64,000 bases of DNA from Schizochytrium sp. TIO01 (lineage: Eukaryota; Protista; Bigyra: Labyrinthulomycetes): assembly GCA_004764695.1 (NCBI GenBank), contig SMSO01000034.1:1488001-1552000 (forward strand). Reading direction: 5' to 3'. Below the pieces are notes generated by a model. It searched no databases, was not told the DNA's origin, and saw only the letters and a list, made by a program, of their open reading frames with translations. Shown one piece after another: positions 61,717 to 64,000 of the stretch; the first letter of the stretch is position 1, and each line of letters starts with the position of its first letter. The position numbers and the translations under genes are program-made.

Positions 61717-64000
61717 GATTTAACAGAGCTTTGCTCATGTATGATACTGCCGGCACAGTTCTGCAACACGGTCTACACCACTCTCCGGGCGCAGTCGCGT
61801 GGCGCAGCCAAGCACCGCGCGTGCACCTTGGCTATGGCAGATCAAATGGAATGAGGTTGAGTTTGCTTGCGCCAATGCAACCCGTTTTTGAGAATTGCTA
61901 CAAGATGATCTTCCCTACTAGACTATGCCAGGTAAGTGTAGGAGATTACATATACTACCTCCGCCACTACTAGCTCAGAAAGGCTGGGGTTAGTAATGGA
62001 TTCCGGAAGTTTGATAAGGTCTCTTGATACATGCTAGTCTTACCGTCAACGAGCATTCGGGTAAGAAGATGGTAGGTAGGTATGTAGGTACTATACGCTG
62101 ATGAGTTTCTTCTTTTGCTTACTTGCTTCGTTTAAATGGGAGATTTTGTTTATCGAGCCAGAAAGTGAAAGGAACGACACGGAGCTTTGGGTGACAAGAC
62201 TGCTCTGCCTCCGAGTGTTCGTTACAATATCGTGAAAATTTGTGTGTTTAAAGTGCTTCCTTAAAACCCAAACACTGCATGTGAAAATTGAAAAATATAT
62301 TCTGTTTAGGGCTAACTCAACAAACTCGGCATGTCAAGCAAAAACACTGCAGGGAAAGATTCCTTCCAGGGGCCCTCAATCCTGAAAGTGATTGCTCGAA
62401 CGGGATGACCGTGGGCAGCTGATGCAGCTGTCATGGGAGAAGAACCCCCGACGTTTATGCTCCATACTTATAAGTTTTCGCGAACCTAACAACATCAGCG
62501 AGTTAGCATAACAAAAAATTAAATTACAACTTTTTCTTAACACTCTATATCCTTTGACTCCGTTTTGATGAGCTATACGACTAGCACAGTCAAGACAATA
62601 AAAAATAGTTCTCTCTGTTCGAGTTCACCCTCGCAGTTCCTGGTTAGGTAATTCTTTAGGGGCCGCACATCCCTGACTTTCTTGTTCCGCTGTAGGCAAC
62701 ATGCAGCAACTGACTCAATGTGTGTTCTCATCCTTACCCCCACTTCTCAACGTATTCCGAATGTTCAAACCGCTGCGCCGATTCATCGTCCAACTTCCGA
62801 AAAGGAAACAGGATCTATATGGCAGAAAATACAGATTGCAAAAGCGAAGAGGCTTTACTATGTACAGGGTTGTCCTTTCTTCATTTCATCCTCGTACTTG
62901 AAATTGGAGTTATAGCCCATTCGTCCCTATGAAAAGAAAGTAAACCTCCCAGGACTTAGGAAAAGAATATCGAGTATCAAGTCAAGAACCCCTCCCCAAA
63001 AACACGGTTGGCAAGCAACCCTAGCATCTTACTCAAAAGTGCATGTCAGTCCAAGAAGCCGCTTACATGCGCTTTCATGAGGCTGAATGAAGCATCTGTG
63101 TAAGGCGACAGCTCAGGCCTGTTGACAAGATATCCGTTACGATTAAGTTTGAGTGCACGAAACTCACTCATTGGAAGAACGGTATAGAAAAGTATAAAGT
63201 ACATCGACCATGCTTTCAACGCAAGTCCCGGGAATAGTATTTAGCTGGGTTTTGCTTGATGCTTGCTTATCAAGCTTCGAGGCATCAAGATCGATTGATA
63301 CTGTCTCAGACTGACTCAAGCAGCTTTTTGAGGCTCAAACAAAGCAAAAATCGATCCGTGTTTTTTTTTTTTGCCATGGAACAAAGTTCTTGCAAGTCTG
63401 TGCTGTGACAAGCCTGGTGTCGTAATCTAATCCGTTGACGCTAATGTGGGGACTGAATCGCTACCAACAATGTCGAGGGCTTGATCTCGTCACAACGTCA
63501 AACGAAGTCTGAAGGGGAAAAAAACTATAACATCAGAGGAAAAGAAAGAATGCAACACATCGTTTAATCTTAAAAGAAATTAATCATTCGAGCAAGCAAA
63601 GTAGCCAGCGAGCAAGCAACTGGAGAGACCTCTATACTTTCCCAAGTAAGCTGAGACTAGAGTCGAGGATTGCTCCGGGTATACTGAAAAGGGAAATGTC
63701 AAATTCCCCTGTCTTGAAGTATCGCGTCATCGCAGGAACCTGCAATGACACAGAAAAGAGCTATCAACCTAGAAGCTACTCAGAGCAGAAGTGCTAAACC
63801 ACCAAAAAAAAGAGGGAAAAACACAAGAGTCAGAGAGAAGGAAAATAAGATGTAACAATAAAATTATTTTCATTTTCTGTATTAAAAAAAATAAAAATGA
63901 AATGGTAGAAATAACACGGAAACTACAGTGTGTACCTCCTCATGTGTGCTATCGTCGTCTGTGACCAAGTGTGCGAATATTGATTGATTTGCTTTCTTTC

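Noticed and set aside
22-62932. Numerous short antisense or overlapping track ORFs, and GTG/TTG starts
   Set aside because: They are shadows of real genes or low-complexity DNA; bacterial-style alternative starts are not appropriate for this eukaryotic sequence.

Overview
Eukaryotic nuclear DNA, intron-poor, with GT-AG introns, microsatellites and flagellar genes. Gene content and style fit a heterotrophic zoosporic stramenopile such as a thraustochytrid; this taxonomy is inference. About 20 protein genes are supported. Recognisable ones are: a BBS12-like chaperonin running off the left edge (missed by the ORF track), a DUF4954/LbH protein, a dual-specificity phosphatase, CFAP73/CCDC42, mitochondrial GatB, a class I sirtuin, ERCC8/CSA, a spliced CaMKK-like IQ kinase, a bacterial-type TrmH, Vps15 and a spliced RhoGAP-like gene. 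The most unusual item is a 2321-aa motor-less protein combining a dynein-stalk microtubule-binding-like domain, a p25-alpha/TPPP domain, IQ, WW and TPR modules. Other notable items: a gammaproteobacterial-like TrmH head-to-head with a protein carrying an unnamed conserved domain; a Lys-to-Arg pseudokinase candidate; a divergent SLOG-domain protein; an APC16/SAMBA-like small protein; and an AT-rich island (24.4-26.9 kb) with palindromes, a 117-bp tandem array and a decayed intron-rich secreted-protein gene. There is also a ~10.7 kb gene-free divergent intergenic region. No rRNA, tRNA, CRISPR array or transposase was recognised. All homology calls are by eye from recalled family motifs, not from searches.
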